Part shown: positions 16,401 through 24,031 of the stretch, in pieces | How positions within the stretch are numbered: the stretch's first letter is position 1 | How the letters are laid out: each line of letters starts with the position of its first letter | Assembly (NCBI RefSeq): GCF_002075285.3 | Contig: NZ_CP021983.2 | Coordinates: forward strand, 300,001 to 332,000 | Source: Halomicronema hongdechloris C2206 | GTDB lineage: Bacteria; Cyanobacteriota; Cyanobacteriia; Phormidesmidales; Phormidesmidaceae | Length of the DNA stretch: 32,000 bases | Direction of reading: 5' to 3' | Notes under the pieces: generated by a model | What the model was told of the DNA's origin: nothing | Seen by the model: only the letters and a program-made list of their open reading frames with translations | The model's database searches: none | Program-made: the position numbers and the translations under genes

Positions 16401-18576
16401 GACTGAGAGCGAGGATGATTGGGTAGGGCAGGATGACACCGACTCTCAGGATAGGGAGCCAGCTATTGCTGGTACGGTGCTGCGTTCCCCTAGTCCTGCC
16501 ACTGCTGACCCCTCGTCTGAGCACTCTGATTCGGTAGAAGAGGCGCGGTTGGATCAGCCTGGGGCTGAAGACGCAGGCGTGTCGGCATCAACCGACGGTG
16601 AGCAGGGCGCAACGGGTGAGTCGCGGCTGGAACCACCATTGGCAACGGCGGAGCCAACGCAGATGGCGGCGACCCCGGCTGGGATGAGTCCTGACGCTTC
16701 GGCATTGCCTGGGGAGACCTCGGGCGAGTGGTTTTTAGGGCTAGATATTGGTACCACTGGCCTGTCAGCGGTCTTGCTCAACCGGGCCGATGGTCAGGTG
16801 TATCCCCTCTATTGGATCGACTCTACTCTGGCAGATAGTGTGGCCGAGAAGATCTTTCGCTTGCCAGCAGTGGTGTCGATAGCGGCTGACTCGGGGGATA
16901 CCTCGATGCCGTGGCGGGTGCGATCGCATGGTATGGCTGCCTTAGCTGTGAACTGGGCAGAGGAGGCGGCACATCCCTACCGGCTGCTGACGGCCATGAA
17001 GCCGCTCTTGCAGCTGGGCATTCCCTACCAAGCCCCTGATACCCAGCACTGGCAACCACAGTTGCCTTGGCCCGAGGGGGACCCGCTGCCCCTGCAGGCG
17101 GTGCAGTTGGGACTGCAATCGCTGCTGCAGACCCTAACCCCTAGCCAAGGGACAGCCCTCGTTTTGGGGGCCACAGACCTCGACCAGCAATCGCTACATC
17201 AGGCCATATCCCACTTGCAAGGGGTCATCGTCAACTATCCGGCGGCATGGTCTGATACCTATAGTTTCAACCTGCGGGAAGCGATTCTGGCGGCGGGATT
17301 AGTCTCGCAACCCGATGCCATCTACTTCATCGAAGATGCGATCGCAGCGATTCTCTCTGGCCTGCCGGATCCGGACCGCCTCGCCCCGCCCCAAGTTCAG
17401 TCCCTGAAGCAGCAGAACCTTTACGGCGGCCAATGGCACGGTGGCACCGTCGTCATCAGTGCTGGGGCCAGCCTCAGCGAAATTGCCGTGGTCAACCTGC
17501 CCCACGACGCCGAGGCCCTGAGTCGAGAAGATTTTGTCCTACAGCGGCTAGACTATGGCGGCAATGCCATCGATCTGGACATCATTTGCCAGCTCTTGCA
17601 TCCCAGTGAGCGTCGCCAACCAACCCAGACATCTGCCGCCCCCGATCCAGATGACACGGGTTGGGGCTGGCAGGCAGCCCTGCCAGAGCTGGCCCATACC
17701 CCCTGGAGTAGCCTAGGGCTCTCGCAGCTATCCTTACCCCGGCCAGGGGACCCGGACCTGGAGATGCGATCGCAGCTGCAGCAACGATTAGAATCCTCCT
17801 TATTGGGGCAAACCGTCTTGGAAGCAGCCCGCCACCTGAAGCTAATCCTGCAGCACCAATCCCAATTCAACCTGGTCCTAGGGAATCAATGCTGGCAAGT
17901 GCGGCGCAAAGAGCTAGAGAGCCAAATCTTACTGCCCTATCAACGCCGACTCAACCAGGCCTTGAATCAGCTGCTGAGTCAAACCGGACTGAGCAATCAA
18001 GCCATTAACCAGGTCATTTGCACCGGTGGTACCGCCTCCCTTAAATTTCTCAGTGACTGGCTGCGACAAAAACTCCCGAACGCCACCATCATCCAGGATA
18101 CTTACCCCAGCAATCGTCCCCCCAGCTGCAGCCGCGTAGCTTATGGGTTAGTCAATCTAGCCCGATATCCCCAACTGCTGGAAAAGACTCGCCATCAATA
18201 CAGCGACTACTTCCTGCTGCTGGAGCTGTTGCGCACCTTCCCCGATCAGCCGATGCCGCTGGCTGGCATTGTCCATTTGCTCGAGCAACGGGGCATTAAC
18301 ATCCAAGCCTGCCAAGACCACCTCTTCGCACTGCTGGACGGACACTTACCACCAGGCCTACTGCCTCCACCCCAGTGGAGTAGCCATCAGCCTGGCCGAC
18401 TACAGGCCCTCAGGAGTGTTCCCCTATTTAGCCGCGGGTCGGGCCAGATCTATGTCCCTAACTCAGCCCAGTGTCAGCGACTTTGGGACTATCTCCAGCA
18501 CATCTTGGCCAATAAGCGCCAGCCCCTGCAAGAGCCCCTCGTGATTCCCCTGTGGACCATGGCCCCAGTCCCCTGA
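13411..18576 (+). CDS. giant protein: N-terminal coiled coil, ~800-aa acidic low-complexity region, C-terminal Hsp70-like (actin-fold) ATPase domain
   Basis: Single uninterrupted ORF. C-terminal motifs WFLGLDIGTTGLSAV (phosphate-1), VIVNYPAAWSDTYSFNLREAILAAGL...IEDAIAAIL, GGTVVISAGASLSEIAVV and VICTGGTASLKFL (adenosine motif) are in Hsp70 order. The start is uncertain: GTG at 13411 or 13420 is likelier than the ATG at 13252, whose first 53 codons (MTFCVSWPTLWAIPRL...) look non-native. Confidence 0.85.
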   Translation: MGKVTEQRDQLETLIEDIDALLKKASPRFGRGAQEDSQQRQILERARQHILDLQQWMTAPGGWGPIDPASGAVDPPEDSNPDLTESAQTVLRALLQEMQYLRSQFIQPLRTEIETLQQERTELLEQVRQLEVERLRLQGQSPEPSSQQEWIQVVAHHLEASLAERLDRAVARRQAETSNRPLLEGTPPQPAEADLSLLDPHQRLAYVRRVQAEADQALLQLDNTLRAVFATLQQNALSYQDSLAQGLAAMHSLGQQGEVTLRALISDLGQQLRQEVAYLEAASTDEQGQLLAAQQTSPSSTERPDDTDTDSISTAATAAAAPDLDWELADEVEFEADEEITLLQLDQEIEQLQLDATADPSLLLEEDTETEAPDVSEPTAAAASDFPVDPLTVLGQLDQALPDPEQRVDVPDRSVDATIAAAAEELFPDAEAEAEALFADLFGPAPASSSQDTATAAEPSIPDNADETTESSPDDSLASSPAADDDLSLETDETGAPSTSIDRLDEILFDEDLLQVPPESSNADHLGTEIDLFGEATAATLEQPRVEVTDTIHSLDQLLPSGSLDRDTSSPSLAESEALAAEPFIPASPDEDLLTTETDTESASSPLSLDPDILAQLTADLSRLEGPSVSAEDGLEFLAGGQALEEDDIPEQPTDREPAPPPPSSAATWASDSSVFETTVDDWKTAVQSTTDTLLDESGLMAEEHEAETPSAQASAPQMSSSTAEAPESAQHLDLPDDDLDPLAAQVSEVPYGSPRAEHVIDAVGTSQSSTPEPNSPAELDPDTLTWETWADAAATPTSIEATEEDLAETLPPEDWLSIDTSPVATSEADRPDETTAAPEIESYTAEWKDPEQIGTEENPESIDSAIPAASEETRQSATTSAPEGEASWSSDTSLAASPLPTTPEAAPAAESMSGAAEIDTHEAPIESSEQLEATLDEQPLVETDAAAPWPSVAGEAREETAAASANARVEEPLPEMTALSGSDAEEGGAEWSEVLATESEDDWVGQDDTDSQDREPAIAGTVLRSPSPATADPSSEHSDSVEEARLDQPGAEDAGVSASTDGEQGATGESRLEPPLATAEPTQMAATPAGMSPDASALPGETSGEWFLGLDIGTTGLSAVLLNRADGQVYPLYWIDSTLADSVAEKIFRLPAVVSIAADSGDTSMPWRVRSHGMAALAVNWAEEAAHPYRLLTAMKPLLQLGIPYQAPDTQHWQPQLPWPEGDPLPLQAVQLGLQSLLQTLTPSQGTALVLGATDLDQQSLHQAISHLQGVIVNYPAAWSDTYSFNLREAILAAGLVSQPDAIYFIEDAIAAILSGLPDPDRLAPPQVQSLKQQNLYGGQWHGGTVVISAGASLSEIAVVNLPHDAEALSREDFVLQRLDYGGNAIDLDIICQLLHPSERRQPTQTSAAPDPDDTGWGWQAALPELAHTPWSSLGLSQLSLPRPGDPDLEMRSQLQQRLESSLLGQTVLEAARHLKLILQHQSQFNLVLGNQCWQVRRKELESQILLPYQRRLNQALNQLLSQTGLSNQAINQVICTGGTASLKFLSDWLRQKLPNATIIQDTYPSNRPPSCSRVAYGLVNLARYPQLLEKTRHQYSDYFLLLELLRTFPDQPMPLAGIVHLLEQRGINIQACQDHLFALLDGHLPPGLLPPPQWSSHQPGRLQALRSVPLFSRGSGQIYVPNSAQCQRLWDYLQHILANKRQPLQEPLVIPLWTMAPVP

Positions 18577-18826
18577 TCAATCCGAGGGGATTAAACCATA
18601 GAGGAAAACAATAACGGTGCCATCTTTGATAGAATTGAATCTATGGGAAATGGTCCAGGTAGGAGGAGACGAGCCACCTTGCCTTTACCAGCTATCCCTG
18701 TCGATTACCGGGTTGATCAGACGGCTGTAGTCAACGGGGACTGCATCCAGATCCCAGGCTAGGGAGCTATCTGATACTCACCCGCTCAACCAACCAAGAC
18801 ATTGGCCAATCAAGGGGGACGTACCG

Positions 18827-19789
18827 TTGATTCATGCAACGCTACATCAACTGAAAGTATTTGAGGCAACGGCCCGCCATGGCAGCTTTACCCGCGCTGC
18901 CGAGGAGCTCTTCTTAACCCAGCCCACTGTCTCGATTCAGGTCAAGCAGCTGACAAAAGCAGTTGGGTTGCCCCTGTTCGAACAAATCGGTAAGCGCCTC
19001 TATCTCACCCAAGCCGGCCAAAAACTCTTGGAGACCTGCCAAGAGATCTTCGCAGGGCTGGATCAATTTGAGATGTCAGTGGCCGACCTCAAGGGCCTGA
19101 AACAAGGCCAGCTCAAGCTAGCGGTCATTACCACCGCCAAATATTTCGTGCCGCGGCTACTCGGTCCCTTTTGCCAGCGCTATCCCGGCGTTGACATTTC
19201 CCTCAAGGTGACCAATCACCAGCATATTCAGGAGCGCATGGCTAACAACGAAGACGATCTTTACATCATCAGCCAGCCCCCTGAACAACCCGATCTCAAG
19301 ATTTATCCATTCTTGGAAAATCCTTTAGTGGTCATCGCTCCCAAAAATCATCCCCTGGTCGGCAAATCTAATGTCGCCATCCAAGCCCTCAATGATGAGC
19401 CCTTTATCATGCGGGAACCGGGTTCAGGGACCCGGCATGCGGTTCAATCTCTCTTTGCCAAGCACAAGATAGACGTGCGGGTACGCTTGGAGCTGGGCAG
19501 CAATGAAGCCATTAAACAGGCCATTGCTGGCGGTCTGGGGATCTCGGTCCTGTCGCTCCATACCATTATTTCCGAGGGCACCAGCGGCGAATTTGCCATT
19601 CTCGATATCGACCATTTCCCCATCGAGCGGCAATGGTATGTGGCCCATTTGGCCGGCAAACAACTCTCCGTAGTAGCTGACACGTTCTTGACCTACTTGC
19701 AAACAGAAAGCCATACCCTGGCCGAGAAATTCTTACCGGGCATCAAACCAGCTAAGGCCAGGCAGGGCAACCTCTCGAAGGCATCGTAG
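18827..19789 (+). CDS. cmpR: LysR-family transcriptional regulator, CbbR/CmpR type
   Basis: 320 aa. The N-terminus ATLHQLKVFEATARHGSFTRAAEELFLTQPTVSIQVKQLTK...LFEQIGKRLYLTQAG and the following LKLAVITTAKYFVPRLLGPFCQRYPG match the cyanobacterial CmpR/CbbR subgroup as I recall it. The start is TTG at 18827. No cmpABCD genes are adjacent, so the symbol is tentative. Confidence 0.82.
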   Translation: MIHATLHQLKVFEATARHGSFTRAAEELFLTQPTVSIQVKQLTKAVGLPLFEQIGKRLYLTQAGQKLLETCQEIFAGLDQFEMSVADLKGLKQGQLKLAVITTAKYFVPRLLGPFCQRYPGVDISLKVTNHQHIQERMANNEDDLYIISQPPEQPDLKIYPFLENPLVVIAPKNHPLVGKSNVAIQALNDEPFIMREPGSGTRHAVQSLFAKHKIDVRVRLELGSNEAIKQAIAGGLGISVLSLHTIISEGTSGEFAILDIDHFPIERQWYVAHLAGKQLSVVADTFLTYLQTESHTLAEKFLPGIKPAKARQGNLSKAS

Positions 19790-19906
19790 CCGCCGTTGCC
19801 TGGCATCTCCTGGTTCGGTGCTTTCTGACAATATTCCAGCAAACAAGTGTCCGTTTCGGGCCGCCTCACTTCATAATGGGGACGATGTCGCAGACTTCGA
19901 CACCCT

Positions 19907-20161
19907 ATGCCAAGAACGCCCAGCGAATATATCATTCACCTACTATTTGATGGCGGCCACCATCAGGAGGTGCGCTTTTCCAGTATTCAAGAGTTTCAGA
20001 AGTGGTACAGCGGTGAGTTAATGCCTAAGGCCAACTCCGATGATTTCATCAGCGTGCCGGTGCCCAAGATCAATCCCGGTGAGTACATGGTGATTCGGCC
20101 CTCGCGCCTGGTCAGCATTCGGGTGGAACCCGTCTTTAGCTCTAGTGTGGAGCGCTTTTAG
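19907..20161 (+). CDS. small hypothetical protein (84 aa)
   Basis: ATG ORF with a balanced composition that ends 6 nt before the mltA-like start, so it is probably co-transcribed. I recognise no family. Confidence 0.5.
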   Translation: MPRTPSEYIIHLLFDGGHHQEVRFSSIQEFQKWYSGELMPKANSDDFISVPVPKINPGEYMVIRPSRLVSIRVEPVFSSSVERF

Positions 20162-20167
20162 GGATCT

Positions 20168-21352
20168 GTGGCCATGGTGCGTTCCCTGTCTCAGGGCTTA
20201 GGGCTTCTGGCCATCGTCGCCAGCCTCAGCTGGGGCTCGTCTCTGAGAGCTCAACCCTCACCGTTGGAACCGCTGCCGCTGCCACTGGACGAGGTGCTGG
20301 GGCCGCAGGGGGGATGCGATCGCAGCCTCTGGGAAACCCCTAGTGAACGGGTGCGGTTAATCCGAGCCATAGGCCATAGCCTCCGCTACCTGGACACCGA
20401 GGCGGCGGCCAGCGCCTACGCTACCTATCCCGTCGCTGGGATTACCCACCGGCGAGTACGTCGCAGTCTGGTGCGCTTTCGCCAGTTGCTCTATCAGAGT
20501 CGCTCCTTTGCCGACTTTCAGCAGGCTCTGCAGCAGGAGTTTATGCTCTATCGTTCTGTGGGTCAGGATGGTGCCGGAACCGTACTCTTCACCGGCTACT
20601 TCCAGCCCACTTACGCCGCCAGTCGGGTGCCCACCGCCGACTATCGCTACCCCCTCTACCGCCGCCCTGCCGACCTAGAACACTGGCCCACCCCGCATCC
20701 CACCCGCCTGGAGCTAGAGGGCAGCGATGGCTTGCAAGGATCTCAGGGGCCCCTAGCCGGGCTAGAACTGGTCTGGCTACGGGAGCGCCTGGAAGCCTTT
20801 TTGATCCATGTGCAGGGCTCAGCCCGATTGCAATTACCTAATGGTGAGCAACTCTCCGTGGGCTATGCTGGCCGCACCGACTATAACTACACCAGCATCG
20901 GCCGCGAGCTGATTAATGACAGTGTCGTCGCCGAGGCCGATCTCTCCTTGCCAGTGCTGCTCGATTATTTTCAGCGGCATCCCGAGGCCCTAGATCACTA
21001 TCTACCCCGGAACCGACGCTTCATCTTCTTTCAAGAGACTGCTGGCGGACCGCCCCTGGGCAGCCTCAATGTCCCGGTCACCGCTGGCCGCTCCATCGCC
21101 ACCGACAAAGCCTTGATGCCCCCAGGCGCTTTAGCACTGATCCGCCTGCCCCTGCCCCAGCTGACTGCCGACGGATATTGGCGCAGCCAAACAGTAGACC
21201 GTTGTGTCCTTGACCAAGATACCGGCGGCGCAATTCAAGGAGCCGGGCGGGTCGATGTCTTTCTCGGCACCGGCTTCGTTGCCGGTGAACAAGCCGGGCG
21301 CCTTCACGGTGCGGGAGAGCTCTATTATCTCTTGCTGCGAGAGAGCCCCTAG
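20168..21352 (+). CDS. mltA: lytic murein transglycosylase A (MltA-like, with 3D domain)
   Basis: The signal peptide is followed by TGYFQPTY, LIHVQGSARLQLPNGE..VGYAGRTDYNYTSIGRELI, GSLNVPVTAGRSIATD and DTGGAIQGAGRVDVFLGTG, which are characteristic MltA/3D-domain motifs. The start is GTG at 20168 or ATG at 20174. Confidence 0.87.
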   Translation: MAMVRSLSQGLGLLAIVASLSWGSSLRAQPSPLEPLPLPLDEVLGPQGGCDRSLWETPSERVRLIRAIGHSLRYLDTEAAASAYATYPVAGITHRRVRRSLVRFRQLLYQSRSFADFQQALQQEFMLYRSVGQDGAGTVLFTGYFQPTYAASRVPTADYRYPLYRRPADLEHWPTPHPTRLELEGSDGLQGSQGPLAGLELVWLRERLEAFLIHVQGSARLQLPNGEQLSVGYAGRTDYNYTSIGRELINDSVVAEADLSLPVLLDYFQRHPEALDHYLPRNRRFIFFQETAGGPPLGSLNVPVTAGRSIATDKALMPPGALALIRLPLPQLTADGYWRSQTVDRCVLDQDTGGAIQGAGRVDVFLGTGFVAGEQAGRLHGAGELYYLLLRESP

Positions 21353-21467
21353 CGCTGTTGCCCATCTGGGGATCCAGGCCTGAGTGATGGGTTACTCAGG
21401 GGGATCTCAGGCTGGTGCGCTATCTGTAGTCAAAGCATATGCAGAGCGAATTCAGCCTTCCGTATCT

Positions 21468-22577
21468 ATGGAGTCGTCAATTTCCCTCAAGCACCACGTT
21501 ATTCAAAATCGCATTCGCCAGGTCGGGATTAATGAGAACTACTGGTATCCCGTGGCCTGGTCCCATCAGTTGCCAGTAGGGCAAATTCTTGCCATCACCA
21601 TTTGGGGCCATTCAATTGCGGTATATCGAGATGTCCAGGGTCAGGTTCATGCCCTGGAAAATGCCTGTCCTCATAAGGGGGTTGAACTGCACTTAGGAGA
21701 GGTGCAGGGCGACTGTCTCGTCTGCCCCTACCATGGCTGGCAGTTTAATCCCCAGGGCCAGTGTGTGGCCATTCCCTATTTTCCAGCCGAGCAAAAGTTA
21801 CCACGAGCTCAAGCTCGCCGCTATCCAGCTGCCGATCAGTACGGCATGATCTGGGTCTTCCCAGGCAATAGCCAACAGGCCTCATCACAGGCAATTCCCG
21901 CCATTCCAGAGTATGACGATCCCAATTGCCTAGCCATTCCGATCACCGGCATCTTTGCGGCCCACTTCTCAATTTGCAATGAAAATACGATGGATGTCTT
22001 CCATGGGTTTTTACATAAAAATCTTCAGGGCTGGTTCAACCCGGTATTGCTAGATCTGCAGGAGGGTGACGATTACGTGAATGCTCGCTATCAGGTCTCT
22101 TATAAAGGGTTTCTCAGTCAGTTTCTAGGGCTAGGTAGCGATAATGCTGGCGTGTCTACTCGTATTGTTTCCATTCATTATCAATACCCCCATTACCACA
22201 GCACTTTGGAAGGGGTGTCATCTCTATACCTGATGCGGTTGCCGGTGAGCCCCACTCAAACTCGCTCATTCTCGTGGTTGTTTTTACCCAAAATTCGCCT
22301 GCCGAAATGGTTGCTACGGCCCCTGAAGCCAACGGTAGTTCCGCTCATTCGTCGATTGCTATTTATGCCTTTCCTGGAGCAGGATATGGCGATGATGGCC
22401 AGCGAACAGCGAACCTATAGCCGCAGCCCCAATCGACAATATGTGGAGGTGAATCCGGCCATTATCGCGCTGCAGCGCGTGATCATGAAGCAATATGAGC
22501 TGTACCAGCAACAGATGCGATGGCCAAAGGCCGGTCGTAGACCATCGCACCCCTCAGGGTTGCCTCTGCCGAATTAG
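21468..22577 (+). CDS. Rieske [2Fe-2S] non-heme-iron oxygenase (ring-hydroxylating alpha-subunit / PaO-like)
   Basis: The Rieske motif is CPHKG...(17 residues)...CPYHGWQF. The mononuclear-iron motif is NENTMDVFHGFLH (E-x3-D-x2-H-x3-H). I prefer the ATG at 21468 (MESSISL) over the upstream GTG at 21384. Confidence 0.87.
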   Translation: MESSISLKHHVIQNRIRQVGINENYWYPVAWSHQLPVGQILAITIWGHSIAVYRDVQGQVHALENACPHKGVELHLGEVQGDCLVCPYHGWQFNPQGQCVAIPYFPAEQKLPRAQARRYPAADQYGMIWVFPGNSQQASSQAIPAIPEYDDPNCLAIPITGIFAAHFSICNENTMDVFHGFLHKNLQGWFNPVLLDLQEGDDYVNARYQVSYKGFLSQFLGLGSDNAGVSTRIVSIHYQYPHYHSTLEGVSSLYLMRLPVSPTQTRSFSWLFLPKIRLPKWLLRPLKPTVVPLIRRLLFMPFLEQDMAMMASEQRTYSRSPNRQYVEVNPAIIALQRVIMKQYELYQQQMRWPKAGRRPSHPSGLPLPN

Positions 22578-22743
22578 CTGGGACGGTAACCAGGGGTGTA
22601 AAGTCCGATGGCTAAGGGGCTAGCGTTTGCTAAAGAGTCTGTAAGGGCGCTACCAGCCAATTCTAGATTCGGCTAGGCTGTGACTGAACCATTTGGGTTC
22701 ATATTCGTCAGTTGTGAAGTAATCCCTATTAAATATTGCGCCT

Positions 22744-23874
22744 ATGTTTGACTGCATTATTGTCGGGGCTGGCCCCGCCGGAGGGACTGCCGCCTATCAT
22801 CTGGCCAAGCGAGGGCATTCAGTACTCCTGCTAGATAAAGATCCCCTGCCCCGCTACAAGCCCTGCAGTGGTGCAGTCTCACCTAGTGTGGCCCAGTGGT
22901 TTGATTTTGATTTCAGCCCCGCCATCGACTTAAAGGTGAGCCGGATTCGCTACACCTGGAAACTCGGGGATGCCATTGATGCCCGCTTAAATACCTCAGA
23001 GCCGATCTGGATGGTGAAGCGGGATGTCTTCGACCATTTTCTGGTGCAGCAGGCTCAGCAGCAGGGGGCAACCCTCAAGGACAATACCCCGGTCACAGGC
23101 ATTACCTTTCAGGGCGATGGCTGGCAGGTGATGACTCCTCAAGGAGCCTTCGATGGCCGCTATCTGATTGCCGCCGATGGAGCTAAGGGACCGATGGCGG
23201 GGTGGCTCGGCTTCAAAGACCACAAACCCCGATTGACCAGTCTCTTAGAGATCAGTGCCAAGGCAGACGGCAACTCCGATGCCCCGATTCAGTTTGAGTT
23301 TGGCCTGGTCAAGAACGGGTGTTTGTGGAGTTTTCCCAAGCGCCAAGGCTATTCCATCGGGGTGGGTTCTTTCCTGGGCAATAACCTCAAGGACTTCCAA
23401 TCTCCCCTGGCCGACTATGCCGCCGAACTCGGCCTTTCCCTGAAGCAGGGCACAGAATATCAGCATCCCTTGCAACTGTGGGACGGCAATCGCCCCCTGC
23501 ATACCCAGCAGGCGCTGCTGGCCGGGGAAGCTGCGGCCATGGTAGATCCCTTGACGGCTGAGGGGATTCGACCGGCCATGTACGGTGGTGTCAAGGCTGC
23601 CGAAGCCATTGACGCCGCCCTGCAGGGAGATGCCAAGGCTCTAGCCGCCTACACAGAAGCTATCCAACAGCAATGGGGGGCTGATATGCAGTGGGCTCAG
23701 CGCATTGCCGGGTTATTTTATCGAATGCCTGGTCTGGGATTCCGAGTGGGCATCAAGCGACCCACGGCGACTGACCGCTTAGGGCAGTTACTGGCCGGAG
23801 ACATCCATTATGCTGATATTGCCAATCGAGTAATTAAGCGCCTCAGCGGCAGTCTGATTCCAGGTCGAGGCTAG
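22744..23874 (+). CDS. FAD-dependent oxidoreductase, geranylgeranyl reductase family
   Basis: The N-terminal Rossmann motif is DCIIVGAGPAGGTAAYHLAKRGHSVLLLDK. Later motifs are YLIAADGAKGP and LAGEAAAMVDPLTAEGI. At 376 aa it is shorter than ChlP and diverges from it. Confidence 0.84.
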   Translation: MFDCIIVGAGPAGGTAAYHLAKRGHSVLLLDKDPLPRYKPCSGAVSPSVAQWFDFDFSPAIDLKVSRIRYTWKLGDAIDARLNTSEPIWMVKRDVFDHFLVQQAQQQGATLKDNTPVTGITFQGDGWQVMTPQGAFDGRYLIAADGAKGPMAGWLGFKDHKPRLTSLLEISAKADGNSDAPIQFEFGLVKNGCLWSFPKRQGYSIGVGSFLGNNLKDFQSPLADYAAELGLSLKQGTEYQHPLQLWDGNRPLHTQQALLAGEAAAMVDPLTAEGIRPAMYGGVKAAEAIDAALQGDAKALAAYTEAIQQQWGADMQWAQRIAGLFYRMPGLGFRVGIKRPTATDRLGQLLAGDIHYADIANRVIKRLSGSLIPGRG

Positions 23875-23964
23875 TAGAGGGGAACGGAGGACGGAAAAGG
23901 GGTGGATGGGTGATGGGGTGTTGGCGGAGCCTGCCCGCAGGGCTTTGGGGTGATGGGGTGATGA

Positions 23965-23985
23965 GGAGTGAGGAGTGAGGAGTGA
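23965..23985. repeat. heptamer microsatellite (GGAGTGA)x3
   Basis: Three exact tandem units read directly from the sequence. They sit in a G/A-rich tract (GGGGTGATGGGGTGATGAGGAGTGAGGAGTGAGGAGTGA). Confidence 0.9.
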
Positions 23986-24010
23986 CGAGAAGGAAGGCCC
24001 CACGGGTTGA

Positions 24011-24031
24011 TGAGTTTTGAGTTTTGAGTTT
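24011..24031. repeat. heptamer microsatellite (TGAGTTT)x3
   Basis: Three exact tandem units read directly from the sequence, followed by TGAGTGAGTGAATG. Confidence 0.9.

Noticed and set aside
13406-17870. Many antisense and off-frame ORFs inside the giant gene (for example 15663..16439 at 258 aa, 14604..15065, 15078..15479)
   Set aside because: They lie wholly within a long, motif-supported ORF. They are Ser/Ala/Gly/Arg-rich mirror translations of the GC-rich acidic low-complexity region, where stops are rare in every frame.
21384-21467. Upstream GTG start for the Rieske oxygenase (MMGYSGGSQAG...)
   Set aside because: The added 28 residues look non-native and begin only 32 nt after the mltA stop. 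The ATG at 21468 gives an N-terminus of typical length before the Rieske domain.
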